This document shows, piece by piece, positions 1 through 14,029 of a DNA stretch of 64,000 nt. Each line of letters opens with the position of its first letter. The first letter of the stretch is position 1. A program made the position numbers and the translations under genes. The DNA lies in the NCBI GenBank assembly GCA_951406725.2, contig OX597824.1:28706001-28770000 (forward strand). The letters run 5' to 3'. Under the pieces are notes generated by a model. It worked only from the letters and a program-made list of their open reading frames with translations. It did no database searches and was not told the origin of the DNA. The stretch comes from Octopus vulgaris (taxonomy: Eukaryota).

Positions 1-302
1 TATTTATTCATATTCTTTTAAATTTTGCAGCGTTCAGATTTCTATAAGGTGATTGTTAATTCTACAGAATGACATTGAAGGGTAAGTGTTTGAAAACAAG
101 AGATGTATAATATTTGGGCCTGATAGTGTCAGTTTAAATATTAACTAATTAAATCAGACACACATATTTAAAAGAAAAACACAATATATTTCATAACATC
201 GTTACAGATATAAAAATAACCACAGGGTTGTTACGGCTGGTAACGACGTAAATCATAAATTTGCAGAATTGAATATGTCCGGTGACGTTGCACCAATAAA
301 GT

Positions 303-312
303 CATACATACA

Positions 313-345
<33 letters not shown>

Positions 346-408
346 CTATACATACATATATCTATATATATGTGGATGTATGTATATATATATATACACA
401 TATATATA

Positions 409-444
<36 letters not shown>

Positions 445-523
445 CACACACACACACACATACATATATATAGATATATACATATATATATATATACATA
501 CATCCACATATATATAGATATAT
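303..523. repeat. compound (TACA)n/(TA)n/(CA)n microsatellite
   Basis: Direct reading; representative of dozens of such tracts in the window. Confidence 0.95.
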
Positions 524-539
524 GCGTGTGTAAAGCTGA

Positions 540-712
540 TGTGTGTGTGACTTTGTGTCTGTGTTTGACCCCACACACCGCTGAAAACCAGTGTTGCTGT
601 GTTTACGTCCACGTAAACATAGATTCAGCAAAGGAGACTGATAGAATAAGCACCAGGTTTAGAAAAAATAATAAGTACTGGGGTCGATTCATTTAATTAA
701 AATTCCTTCGAT
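540..712 (+). mobile_element. SINE family D, 3' half
   Basis: Matches 6300-6440 (tgtttacgtcc..gtaac..ttc.gcaaa.gagac.gatagaataag..aataagtactggggtcgatt). Confidence 0.8.
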
Positions 713-749
713 GTCTTAAAAAAATATATATCGATTTTTTTTTATGTAG

Positions 750-952
750 ATTAAGCGAAAAGAGAGGTCCATAATGAAATGTAAATCCTAAGATACGTTA
801 TTACCTAAATGATTGCGTTTTTCCAAACTTTTCTTGTAGTTTGATGAATTTAAACTTGTGTCAAGTCATATATAAAGCTTTGTGTAAAATGTATGAGAAT
901 AAACTGAATATTCTGATTGAATCCATAATGTGATGCGAGAAGAGTCTCTTAT
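750..952 (+). repeat. dispersed ~200 bp repeat, second copy at 4070-4272
   Basis: Shared gattaagcga...tatataaagctttgtg...tgaatattctgattgaatcca; class unknown. Confidence 0.75.
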
Positions 953-1160
953 GTTATTATTATACGAAATGATTTCACCAGACAAGATAGAGACACTTTT
1001 CTTCTCATGCATGCACGCAAGCTCACAACATCAGGCGTTCACATATGCATAGTCATTCTCAAAAACAAAGTGACAGATATATATAAGTTTATGAGTAAAA
1101 CATAGAACAGAGAGAAAGCGATAGGTGACGCATTATCCCAGCAACGTACAGATGGGTGAT

Positions 1161-1460
1161 TAAGGCGGCGAGATAGCAGAATCGTTAGGAGGCCGGGCCA
1201 AATACAGAGAGGCACCTCGTCCGTCTTTGTGTTCTGAGTTCAAATTCTTTCGAGGTTGACTTTCCTTTTCATCCTCTGGGTGTCGATAAAATAAGTATTG
1301 CTTAGCGACAATTTGTCCGTCTTCTTGCTCTAAGTTTACATTCCACCGAGATCGACTTTGCCTTTCAAACCTTTTGGGGTAAATGCCAGTTGCACAGTAG
1401 GGTGCATGTAATAATAGACCTATCCTCCTTCCGCCGAAACTGCTGTCCTTGTGCCCAAAT
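1161..1460 (+). mobile_element. SINE family E, diverged
   Basis: taaggcggcgag head, gttctgagttcaaatt B-box-like motif, gactttgcctttcatcc body, partly duplicated. Confidence 0.8.
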
Positions 1461-1830
1461 TAATTTTAATTTAATTTTTATTTTATTTAATTTTTATTGG
1501 CTCAAAAAGCAAAAGCAAGGCCATGTAGGAGGACATGGAGTTATGTACAAGGAGGGTGTTCATGCAAAGAGTTCAGGCCATTTCTGGTCAAGAGAGACTT
1601 TGAACCGAGTGGTCGTCAGCATCTTCACTATCTCGTCCGGCAGCTTATTCCACGGATCCGCAACCCGGACGGAGAAAGCTCCTCTCCTTCGATTGAGATG
1701 AAATCGTCGTAGATAGAGCTTTTCGGAGTGACCCCGCAGTCCACGCTCTGGAGCAGGAGTGAAGAACAGCTCTTTCGAGAGGTTACATTTTCCGCTTATG
1801 ATGTTGTGAGCGAGAATGAGATCACCACGG
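1460..1830 (-). mobile_element. CR1-group LINE 3' end
   Basis: Minus-strand translation LRGHSEKLYLRRFHLNRRRGAFSVRVADPWNKLPDE..FKVSLD; 3' UTR hairpin ccatgt-N6-acatgg; A-rich tail; paralog at 60605-60980. Confidence 0.85.
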
Positions 1831-2499
1831 TGTCGTCGTTTTTCAAGAGAAAATTAGGAAACAATACATACAATGATTTTATGCGATTTACATTACATCA
1901 AGTAACACCCGGTAGGAGTAGCGGGTATTATGTAATATAAAATGAAGAAAAATAAAAGAGAACAATAATACGTGCATTTCAATATATAATGCTGGTAATG
2001 AATGCTTAGCACTCAAAATGTTGGTTTGTGGAGAGACTTTCTGTACAGATTCAACAGTATCATAACGAAATAACTTTCAACAAAGTGTTAACTATGTGTA
2101 CCATAGAAACACGTCAATCCGGCAGATTTATATAACATGCCTTATGTCTCCAAGCACTCCTTCAGGCTCAGTGTGCGTGACTAGTCCTATTTGAAAACAA
2201 CCAGGACTCTGGCCTATGAGAAAACAAGGGGAAAAGAATAAGTAAGAAAGAAAACCCTGTCCCTAGAAATCATAATTTATCTAGCTGATATAGCGTAACT
2301 CATTGGATAAGGCGCTAAAATCTGTGAAACGTTTGTTAAACTGCATAGGGTGGTGTCCTCCAATTCGACAAAAGAAATTTGCCCATGAACTGGCATTTGT
2401 TAAAATTTTCAGATCTTGAATTCAGTAGTGTGGTGGAAATTTTCCATCTCCCAAAATATGTGATCTTTCAACGACGCATACTTTGTCTGCCTTTCGTTT

Positions 2500-2549
<50 letters not shown>

Positions 2550-2588
2550 GCACGCGCACGCACACATTTTGGTTACGTGTATGCTATA

Positions 2589-2620
<32 letters not shown>

Positions 2621-2798
2621 AATATATACCAAATATCTACGTTTTATATATTATTTTGGACATTACTTCATCAACGTTATATTTTTTATCTTATATTTAA
2701 TCTTTCTATTATATGTAATTTTCTGGGTGCTGTAAAATAATTTTTCATTTTGAATTGATTAAAGGTGATTTTTTCTAATTTATATCTATCTATCTATA

Positions 2799-2877
<79 letters not shown>

Positions 2878-2890
2878 ATATATATATATA

Positions 2891-2934
<44 letters not shown>

Positions 2935-3748
2935 TCTCTGTGTGTATGTAGGCATGAATGCACACAATATATCTTCTATCACTATGAAGTACTGAACGGC
3001 AATGTAAGATTCTTTACAAAATTCGGGGCAATACACGTCGTGACAAATGGCAGTCATTGGCGTTAATGCATTTTCACTCTCCTCAACTAGCGATGTGTTT
3101 GGTTTTTGATCCTAGAGAATCAACCATCGTCCTTAACCCCAACCTCACCCCTAACATTGGCATTCCTAGTTGTTTTATAGAGCCGGTTTTTTTTTTATCT
3201 GAAGTAGTATTAAATGTATTTTTGAACTGAAATTCGCTTTGTATTTATCGAATTTGTGACAGAACTATATTTTGTACTTCTTGAAAATACACAAATATAT
3301 CCCATACTTCCGAAAAAGTAACAGGCTGAATCATTATTGAAGAAATGTATGCAAGAATAATTTTGGTGACGGCAGATAAAGGTGAAAAGTCAAGAGAAAA
3401 GAAAAGACAATGTATATTATAGAATGTCATGAATTGATAAGACTTTAACGAAATTGCTGGTAATGAGTAAAGATGTCAGAGGAGCAGTTCAATATCCCGA
3501 AAACTGATCAAGGAATCGTAATTTATACTTTCGTGGTTTATATACCTGACCTCGGTGATATTTGCACCGCGAAGACTCGACATTGTAATCTAGGACGCGT
3601 AAAAGAAGTATTAAATTACCACAGATTTGTGGTTTACGACATAAATCGTTTTCCCTAACGTGCTAAATAACCGACAAAAACACAATACAAATATATACAC
3701 ACACAGATATCTACATACATAAGCACATACATATATACATAAATATAC

Positions 3749-3787
<39 letters not shown>

Positions 3788-3817
3788 TTGGTGCACAAAT
3801 ACCTATATACGTACGCT

Positions 3818-3931
<114 letters not shown>

Positions 3932-4650
3932 CATAGATACATAAATACTCATTCAGCCAAAAAACACAAGTGAGTAAATACACACAATGCGTTAAGTATA
4001 TTCTTTATTTCACACTTTTATACATACAGACGCTGCAATAAATATTCATACGTATCGGAGTAGCCGGGAGATTAAGCGAGATGAGAGATTGATAGTGAAA
4101 CATAAATCTTAAGTCACGTTTATAAATGATTAAGTTTTACCAAACTCTTCTTACTTATAGTTTGATAAATTTAATTTTGTGCCAAGTTATATATAAAGCT
4201 TTGTGAAAAATGTGTGAAACTAAAGTGAATATTCTGATTGAATCCACAATGCAACGTGAGGAGAGTTTCCTATAATGCCATAGATATACAGAAAACAATT
4301 CATTAAATACGATATGAATGGTGGCGTTTTTATTATATTTTTTTTTTATATGGCTCTTTCTGATTCTGAACTCAAAAGTGTCAAAATAAGAAGAAAAATA
4401 AGCAAAAACAAAACAACAAAAAAAAAACACTAAGAATCCGTTAAGAATGCATTAGAGACTAATTTTATTTTAATGAGATACAGAGTATTAAGAAAAGGGT
4501 TATAAATCTTGGAAATTCCGAACGAACATGAATACAAACGATTTAACAAAATGACGCTTATATTTGTACATTTTACATACATGGAATACGTAATTTTTTC
4601 CTCTGCTCGATGCGTCGCATATTTCCCTCACATACAGATTCATGCAAGTA

Positions 4651-5122
<472 letters not shown>

Positions 5123-5217
5123 TCACCATGCACTTTATATGAATACAATACATGCATGTGTCTTGGATATCTATAATTGTGAATATGTATGTATCCATGC
5201 ATACATGGATGTATGTG

Positions 5218-5249
<32 letters not shown>

Positions 5250-5532
5250 TGTACGTATGCATACTTGTATGCATGAATTATTTACTTAGCGTATATAATA
5301 TATGTCCTTTTCGAGATCATTTGAATTCTGAAGTGTGCACGAGTGCATTAAGAGATGAATAAAGCTACTTAAAATTTAAGGTAGCAACCATATATAATAT
5401 TCACACATGCATATATGCATATATATATCTGCATTCGTACACACACATGCATTCAAATATATATAAATATATTTATAAACGTATAAAAATATATTCATAT
5501 ATATGTATATTTATAGATATATATACACACGG

Positions 5533-5564
<32 letters not shown>

Positions 5565-6028
5565 GTGTGAGCATGTGTACATTAAAATATAAATATACAC
5601 CACACACACATGTATATAGATATATTTAAGATATATATATATATATGTATATCTTTGTGTGTGCATGTATGTATGTATATATGTATGCATGTGTACGCGT
5701 GTGTGTAAATAATGTTTTAATGTTCCTGTGCGTTTATTTGAAATAAAATTCGTTTTTGCGATTCGATAAACCCTAATACTGTTCATGGGTTCAAGTGCCA
5801 ATGACGTCAGTTCCCCTGTGCCAAATGATTGGAAGAATCATTACAAGTCTGCACAGAAACTAATTTCCTTTATATTACACAATAATGATAAAGATAAACA
5901 CGCGCACACGCACCAACGCATACGCACACACAAACACACAAACTTACACACATATATACAAACAATTATATGCATATACGAGTGTGTGTGCATGCGAGTG
6001 TATATACATACATAAGACGCGTTTATGA

Positions 6029-6067
<39 letters not shown>

Positions 6068-6069
<2 letters not shown>

Positions 6070-6219
6070 TAAGTAGCTTGCTTACCAACCACATGGTTCC
6101 GAGTTCAGTCCCACTGCGTAGCACCTTGAGCAGGTGTCTTCTAGTATAGCCTCGGGCCGACCAAAGCCTTGTGAGTGGATTTGGTAGACGGAAACTGAAA
6201 GAAGACCGTCGTATATATG

Positions 6220-6285
<66 letters not shown>

Positions 6286-6518
6286 CGTGTGTTTGTCTGT
6301 GTGTATGTCTGTGTTTGTCCCCCCAACATCGCTTGACAACCGATGCTGGTGTGTTTACGTCCCCGCCACTTAGCGGTTCGGCAAAAGAGACCGATAGAAC
6401 AAGTACTAGACTTACAAAGAATAAGTCCCTGGGTCGATTTGATTCGACTACAGGCGGTGCTCCAGCATGGCCACAGTCAAATGACTGAAACAAGTAAACG
6501 AGTAAAAGAGTAAAAGAG
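6068..6518 (+). mobile_element. SINE family D, near full length, with internal (TA)/(GT) microsatellite
   Basis: ggttccgagttcagtccc B-box-like motif, gcaccttgagcaggtgtctt, ccgaccaaagccttgtgagtggatttggtagacggaaact, tail (gagtaaaa)n; many relatives in window. Confidence 0.9.
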
Positions 6519-6811
6519 ACCATCAGCTTGTAAACGCCGAATTCAGCTTGCCCGGGACTTCACTAACACCAGGGCCGGCCCTGCAATTAATTACCTTGCA
6601 CATTTCCGTTTATTCAGAGGTCGAACTTATGAACGTAACCCACCTTCTGTCTCTCTTCTCTCTTTAGTTATTTTCGTTCTTCTTTATGCTCGAATCTGCA
6701 TGATCCCTCATCTAGCATCTCACGCAACAATAAAAGCAAAAAGAGTTGTATTCGAAACGCTATACTTTTATACTATACAGCGTATTATAGTAAGTGATAT
6801 CTTTCGCTTTT

Positions 6812-6995
6812 TGTCTTTCATTTATTTCAGTCATTAGACTGCGGTCATGCTGGGGCACTGCTTTGAAGAAGTTTTAATCGAAAGACTTGATCCCTAGTGT
6901 TTATTTCTTTATTTTAAGCCTCGGACTTATTATGTTTCCTACTTTCGTCAAACTGCAAATTTACGGGGATCTAAACCCACTAAGCGGTGGTGGAA
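6812..6995 (-). mobile_element. SINE family D 3' half
   Basis: Reverse complement of 6330-6510 (tttcagtcattagactgcggtcatgctgg). Confidence 0.75.
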
Positions 6996-7531
6996 TTCAA
7001 AGACAATGACAATGACATGCAAACACATACACACACACACACACTCACGCACACACACACGCACGCACACACACACACACACACACGCACACACACGCAC
7101 GCACGCACACACACACACACGCACACACACGCACGCACACACACACTCACTCACACGCACGCACACACACTCTCACACACACACACACGCATATATATAT
7201 ATACATATAAGAAAATGGAGGAGAACAATAGGTGGTTCATAAACTTTTGGACATTAAATTCCCTAGGTGGGATAGGTAAGTCCTTCAGTGACGAGCCCAT
7301 CTTTATTAACTCCATTTTTCTAGCAGTATTCATTTTGAGGGTCTATCATACCATGCTCAAATGTACTCACTCTCATCACCAATATTCTAAATAATGCAGA
7401 GACAGCTTATACATATACAAGTATTACCAATAGATAGTTCACATTTAATTATTATTTAACTCCAAGAAAATTAGGGGTTGTGATTCCAACACACTAAGGG
7501 ATAATATCTATCCAATATACTGCTGGTAGAA

Positions 7532-7577
<46 letters not shown>

Positions 7578-7768
7578 AAGTAGGGAAATAATAAATCATT
7601 ATTACCAGTGGCCTAGCACAAAAAACGAATTAGTCATTAGACTATATATTATTCATATAGAAATATAATAAGAGGCTTCCTAATAGGAAAGCGTTGTGCT
7701 AGAACACAAAAAAGGGATAAATTCACGAAAGGAATGAAAATGAAAAACATTTACCATCTCAACTATAT

Positions 7769-7836
7769 CCCAGACCGACGGTTTCTAACTATTTCCAGCA
7801 AAAACATATTTGCTGAAGGCCAGTTTCTTCAGTGGG
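7769..7836 (-). ncRNA. type I hammerhead ribozyme motif
   Basis: Minus strand: CCCA-CUGAAGA-[AACUG..UUCAGCAAA/UUUGCUGGA..UAGUU]A-GAAA-CCGUCGG-UC|UGGG; one extra A before GAAA. Confidence 0.75.
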
Positions 7837-7945
7837 GCAGCCTTACTAATCCTGACGTACAGACTGCTAGATCCACATGTATATCTAACGGTTTGTAAAT
7901 CTTAACTTTTCAAACCTCTGCGCAGACGCAAATCATACCCGGCGA

Positions 7946-8186
7946 CTTTATTTAAAAACAGCAGAAATTCAACAAAACCTGTTACTCGGAGTTTTACGTT
8001 CCCGTTCGTCGGACAGTTTTGTTAAAATTTTAACATTTAACAAAACTGTCCGACGAACGGGAACGTGGAACTCCGAGTAACAGGTTTTATTGAATTTCTG
8101 CTGCTTTTAAATAAAGCATATTACTCTACCCCTGGTATTTGAGTACTCTTTTTTTCCACCTTGTTTCACATCTATGTGTTTACTAC

Positions 8187-8189
<3 letters not shown>
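7946..8189. mobile_element. Penelope-like terminal fragment with ~81 bp inverted arms (7946-8026 / 8036-8116), each carrying an HHR-like motif
   Basis: Arms are near-perfect reverse complements; right arm continues to a (TA)n tract; paralog at 42231-42374. Confidence 0.75.
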
Positions 8190-8237
<48 letters not shown>

Positions 8238-8290
8238 GGAATGAACATAAATTTATACACATTTAACACATTCTAAACATGATATCACAA

Positions 8291-8410
8291 AGTTTTGTTT
8301 GGCTTAAGGCTATAGTAAAAGACACCCGTCCGAGGTGCCACGCTGTGGGACTAAATTAGGAACCATCTGGTTGCACTGCCAACTTCTTGTTACACACCCA
8401 TGCCTGAGCC
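8291..8410 (-). mobile_element. SINE family D 5' fragment, diverged
   Basis: ggctatagtaaaagacacccgtccgaggtgccacgctgtgggact is the reverse complement of the family D head. Confidence 0.65.
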
Positions 8411-8619
8411 AATATATGAACCAAACCAGTTTTTTTTTTCTTTTTTAAATAACTCGGTCATTTTGAGTTAGGTTTCTGTTAATGCTTTTCAAACTGTTAA
8501 AATGTCATGATGCAGGCTAACAGTCTGCAACCTCGGCAATTTATGAAAATAGCCGATGTTTTTACACTGTTAAATAATAGCTTTGGTCATGACCTGACTG
8601 AATCGTTTGCATACTGGAG

Positions 8620-9600
8620 AAATTATTTAGTGACATTTCTTCCGCCTCATTACGTTTTGAGTTCAAACGCAGCCGACGTATACTAATCCTTCTCTCCCGT
8701 TTCGGTGGATAAAATAAAGTACCAGCTAAATTTAGCGGTCAATATTTAAGTGGAACTTGTCGAAGGCTGCGAGCTGGTACGTTAGCATGCCGGGCGAAAT
8801 ATTTAGCGGTATTTCGTCTGCCGTTACGTTCTGTGTTCAAATTCCGCCGAGGTCGACTTTGCCTTTCATCCTTTCGGGGTCGATAAATTAAGTACTAGTT
8901 ACGCACTGGGGTCGATGTAATCGACTTAATCCGTTTGTCTGTCCTTGTTTGTCCCTTCTGTGTTTAGCCTCTTGTGGGTAGTAAAGAAATAGGTATTTCG
9001 TCTGCCGTTACGTTCTGAGTTCAAATTCCACCGATGTCAACTTTGCCTTTCATCCTTTCGGGGTCGATAAATTAAGTACCATTTACGAACTGGAGCCGAT
9101 GTAATCGACTTAACTCCTTTGTCTCTCCTTGTTTGTTCCCTCTATTTTTAGCCCCTTGTGGGCAATAAAGAAATAAGAATCATTAGCACACTGGACTGAA
9201 TTCTTAGCGGTGTTTCTTCCGGCTTTGTGTTCTGAGTTCAAATTCTACCGCGGTTGAATAGTACCAGTAGAATACTGGGGACGAGGAAATTGATTTTTTC
9301 CCTCCCAAAAAATTGAAGAGACAAAATTTGAAAAATGACGGTGAGCTGAGGAAATCGTTAGCACGCCGGACAAAATGCTTAGCGGCATTTCGTCCGCCTA
9401 TACGTTTTGAGTTCAAATACTGCTGGAGTCGACTTTACCTTTGCCTTTAGTCCTTCCGGAGTTAATAAAATAAGTACCAGCTACACACCGGAGTCGATGT
9501 AATCGACTAGGCATCTCCTTCGAAATTGCTGGCCTTGAGCCAAAATTTCAAACCGATATATCCGACTTGTCTTCTCCCCTCAGAAATTACTGGTTTTGGA
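8620..9600 (+). mobile_element. cluster/tandem array of SINE family E
   Basis: Head at 8763, ~184 bp body repeated at 8808-8992 and 8992-9176, plus older copies on both sides. Confidence 0.9.
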
Positions 9601-11431
9601 TCCTGTAGCGGACCGGTGTCCCATTCAGGAAGCATCTTCTGATGTCTGTTATTTATACGCCATAGAAACTGGTTAAACGGCTTTATGAGTCTTAGGGTTA
9701 AAGAAAACAAAAACGCGTCAGGGCACAATGGAAAACTCATATCTTTGTGTAGCAGAGGACATATTCAATTGAAATTATATACGACTTCTTCATTCGTATC
9801 TTTTTACTGTGCAAAAGCGATTATATTCAAATTCAGAATAAGAATAGAATGGCAAGACAAATATACTACGAGACTAAATTACAATACATCTGCGAGAAAA
9901 CAGACATAGGTGCTTGATGCTTTCTAGACAAATGCCATTTCCTAGTCTCATTATTTTTCGCAGTCACCTTTTGCTCAAAATCTTTATATTTAATGTAAAA
10001 GCAAATATATATTAAATATTCAATCTATCTTTGCCCAACAGCTGTCAATGAACAGAAAAATATTTTCTAAATTCAATTTCCCAACATTTATATATACTCA
10101 CGTAATTAGATATAAATACGATGCCGACAAGAGACAGACTTCTTCGAGGTACAGACGTATATAGCATATGTTGTGTGACTAAATTTCTAATTCTTCTAAC
10201 AAATATTCTATAAAACAGATACTATTTCAGATGTTAAAAATACCATTTGGTCTATATAATTAGAGACTGTCAGCTCACTTGACGAGAAAACTTCCCAATT
10301 CGACCTTCTGAAATAAAAAGACTTTTATTACAAAATGCACCATTTCTCATTGTATGGATGTGTGTTTGAGTCTGTCTATGTTTATTTCTATTTTTAATTA
10401 TTTGATGTCTTCCAAGTAAAGTAGGAGCTGGTTTCTAGCAAAGATACTAATCTCCATCAACGTAATGTAGATAACCGTATTTACAATATGGATTAAGAAA
10501 AATCTTGCATATTTTTATTGTTCCACTTACAAATTGTAACGTTCGTATTAACTGGTCAATTTCATTTTCTGAAAACCCTAGTTTATCCAGGTTGTCACTT
10601 GGGTATTTGCTAACAAAACCAAGTGCACCTACTATTATTGGTATAAATGTGAATTTATAATCTAGAGATTGAAGCTAAAAGCTTCAAAACACTTATCTTT
10701 TTTTCCGCTTTAATTTTCGGAATGATACTCAGATCAGCAGGGCAGCAGATATCTATTACGGTACATACGTTTCCATATCACTCCAAAATAACAATATCTG
10801 GCTTCATATTTGCATTTGGTAGAAGTTTTAGTGGCAATGTTCTACCAATATGTCACGTGTACATGTTTATGTATGTATCCAATAAGGGGGACTATATCTA
10901 TTCCAGGGCTGTCTGGAATAAATATATTTATTCCAATTCCAGAGCAGTCATTTCACATATGGAGGCAATACCTTCATGACATTCTTCAGCAGCTATGTAC
11001 GAATTAACTTGAACATGATTTTAAAGTAGAAGTGATTGTTACCGAAATTCTTGTGCTGCGGGATCAGTCCCGAAACCGCTTAGCCGCGGTGCCCGTACAC
11101 GTTTTAGATATGTGTTCTTCGAGAATATTCTTAATCAGACCGATCTGTTTTCAAAGTAAAATATTTGAGTAGCTGTCTGTATCCCGAAAAAAAAGAAATA
11201 CGTTTAGACGTCCCATTTTATTGTATTTATTTATGTATGTATGTATGTATGTATGTATGTATGTATGTATGTATGTATGTTTATAATATACATACGTGCG
11301 TGTGTGTTACTGTAACCGTGTGTCTGTGTACTTATTAAAATGCATATACATGTCTATATCTATATCTGTATTTGCATGTATATATATGTGTCTGTGTGTG
11401 TGTTTGCGTGTGTGTGTATGTATATATATAC

Positions 11432-11474
<43 letters not shown>

Positions 11475-11578
11475 CATACATATATACATACATATATATA
11501 TACATATATATATATATATACATATATGTATACATATATATATATACATACATATATATATATACATACATATACATA

Positions 11579-11609
<31 letters not shown>

Positions 11610-11914
11610 TATGTATATATATATATATACGCGCCGCCCGCGCACACGGCTGTCATAAACGGCTCCCGTGAAACAAGCAAGCAATAAGTATTTATATTTT
11701 CGACATATGATATATTAAAAATTGCTGCTCCTGTAATAAGTATTATTCAATATTCCTCTAGTCTTGTACATATTCTAAGCCCCGTCGCTATCGCCTTGTT
11801 TGTGGCTGCTAATATTTCTGTTATGATTACCATTGATCTTATTGTTCATATTCTCATTTTTAGTGTTAGCCTTCGATATTTTGCCGTTGATACTTTGTGG
11901 TCGTGGTCGCCGTT

Positions 11915-12720
11915 GTTGGTGGTGGTGGTGGGGATTTTGTTTTTGGGCGTGGTGGTGGTGGTGGTGGTGGTGGTGGTGGTGGTGGTGGTGGTTGGTGGTG
12001 ATGATGGTGGAGGTGATGGTGGAGGTAGTGATGGTGGTGGTGGTGGTGGTGGTGGTGGTGGTGGTGGTGGTGATGGTGGAGGTAGTAGTGGTGGTGGTGG
12101 TAGTGATTGGTGGTCGTGGTGATTCTGGTGGTGGTGGTGATGCTGCTGGTGGTGGTGGTTGTGGTGGTTGTGGCGGTGTGTTTGTTTTTGTGCGTAGCCG
12201 TGGTGGTGGTGGTGGTGGTGGTGGTAGTGGTGGTCGTAGTGATGGTGGTTATGGTGGTGATGGTGGTGATTGTGGTAATGGTGGCGGCAGTGGTGATGGT
12301 GATGCTGGTGATGGTGGTGGTGGTAATGGTGGTGGTTGTAATAGTGATGGTGGATGTGGTGGTTGTAGTAGTGATGTTGGTTGTGCTGGCGGTGGTGGTA
12401 GTGGTACTGGTGCTTGTAGTGCTTGAGATTATGGTGCTGGTAGTGGTGGTCGTCCTAGTTGCGGTTGTGCTGGATGTGGTTGCGATGTTAGTGGTAGTTG
12501 TAGTAGTGGTAGCAGTATTGCTGAAGATGGAGGTGGTAGTGGTGGTGGTGGTGGTGGTGGTGGTGGTGGTGGTGGTGGGTGGTGGTGGTGGTGGTGGTGG
12601 TCTGTACTGTTTGTGGAAGCGGCAGTAGTGATACTGTTTGTGGTGGTGGTGATCGTCGTCGTGTTGCTGCTGGCGGTGGTGGTGATCGTGGTTGTAGTGG
12701 CGCAGGTAGCGCTAGTGGTG
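11915..12720. repeat. degenerate (GGT)n low-complexity block
   Basis: Direct reading. Confidence 0.95.
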
Positions 12721-12877
12721 ACTAATACCGTTCCGTCTATATTTTTAATTATGTTTTTTGTTCCTGATTTTCCTTTCGACTAGTTTCTATTTATATATTT
12801 TTTCTTTATCTTGTTTTTTTTTCTTGTCTTTTTTAGTTTTTGACTGATGCTTCTCGCCGTTCATTTATATTAATATT

Positions 12878-13665
12878 TATTTCTTTATTGCCCCCCCCCC
12901 CCGGGGGGGGATGGGGCTAAACATAGAAGGGAAAAACAAGGACAGACAATGGGAAAAAGTCGATTTTATCGGCCCCAGTTCGTAACTGCTACTTATTTAA
13001 TCAGACCCCAAAAGATGAAAGGCAAAGTCGATCTCGGCGGAATTTGAACTCAGAACGTAAAGACAGACGAAATACCTATTTCTTTACTATACACAGGGGG
13101 CTAAACACAGGGAGGACAAGCAAGGACAGACAAACGGATTAAGTCGATTATTTCGACCCCAGTGCGTAACTGCTACTTATTTAATCGAACCCCAAAGGAC
13201 GAAAAGCAAAGTCGACCTCGGCGGAATTTGAGATCAGAACGTAGCGGTAAACGAAATACCTATTTCTTTACTACCCAAACACAGAGAGGGCAAACAAGGA
13301 CAGACAAACGGATTAAATCGGTTACATCTACCCCAGTGCGTAACTGGTACTTAATTTATCGACCTCGAAAGGATGAAAGGCAAAGTCGACATCGGCGGAA
13401 TTTGAACTCATAACGTAACAGCAGACGAAATACATATTTCTTTATTGCCCACAAGGGGCTAAACACAGAGGGGACAAACAAGGACAGACAAACGGATTAA
13501 GTCGATTACATCGACCCCAGTGCGTAACTGGTACTTAATTTATCGACCCCGAAAGGATGAAAGGCAAAGTCGACCTCGGCGGAATTTGAACTCAGAACGT
13601 AACGGCAGACGAAATACAGCTACGCATTTCGTCCGGCGTGCTAACGTTTCTGCCAGCTCACCGCC

Positions 13666-13667
<2 letters not shown>
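12878..13667 (-). mobile_element. SINE family E: one head plus four tandem ~180 bp bodies
   Basis: Unit boundaries tatttcttta at ~12878, 13077, 13261, 13435; head abuts (AAT)n at 13668. Confidence 0.9.
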
Positions 13668-13753
<86 letters not shown>

Positions 13754-13800
13754 CAACAACAACAACTATAACAAAAATAATGATGATGATGATGATAACG
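13668..13800. repeat. (AAT)n/(AAC)n/(GAT)n microsatellite
   Basis: Direct reading. Confidence 0.95.
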
Positions 13801-14029
13801 ACATTACTGTGATATTACAATTGTAAACTATTACAAACGGAACTGTATTTTTTATTTTAGTTTTTATATTTTTTTATTTCTTTTCTTTTTTGCATATTCT
13901 CTCAATTTATAATCGTCGTCACTTGTCAACGTCGTCATCGTTATGGTAGTCAGCGCCGCAGTTATCCACGCCGTCTCTCGCGTTTAGTATTATCAAAATC
14001 GTCCTCGTAATCAACATAGGCATCAACGT

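Noticed and set aside
6589-6602. Short GC palindrome cagggccggccctg near 6570-6583 and adjacent sequence
   Set aside because: 14 bp only; no partner TIR or TSD, expected occasionally by chance.
10915-10997. Minus-strand CUGAAGA-hairpin-GAAA next to a 22 bp palindrome
   Set aside because: Stem II is plausible but stems I and III do not pair; at best a decayed HHR.
12878-13667. Regularly spaced repeats resembling a CRISPR array (also 30715-31045)
   Set aside because: Whole units repeat with no unique spacers; eukaryotic context, no cas genes.
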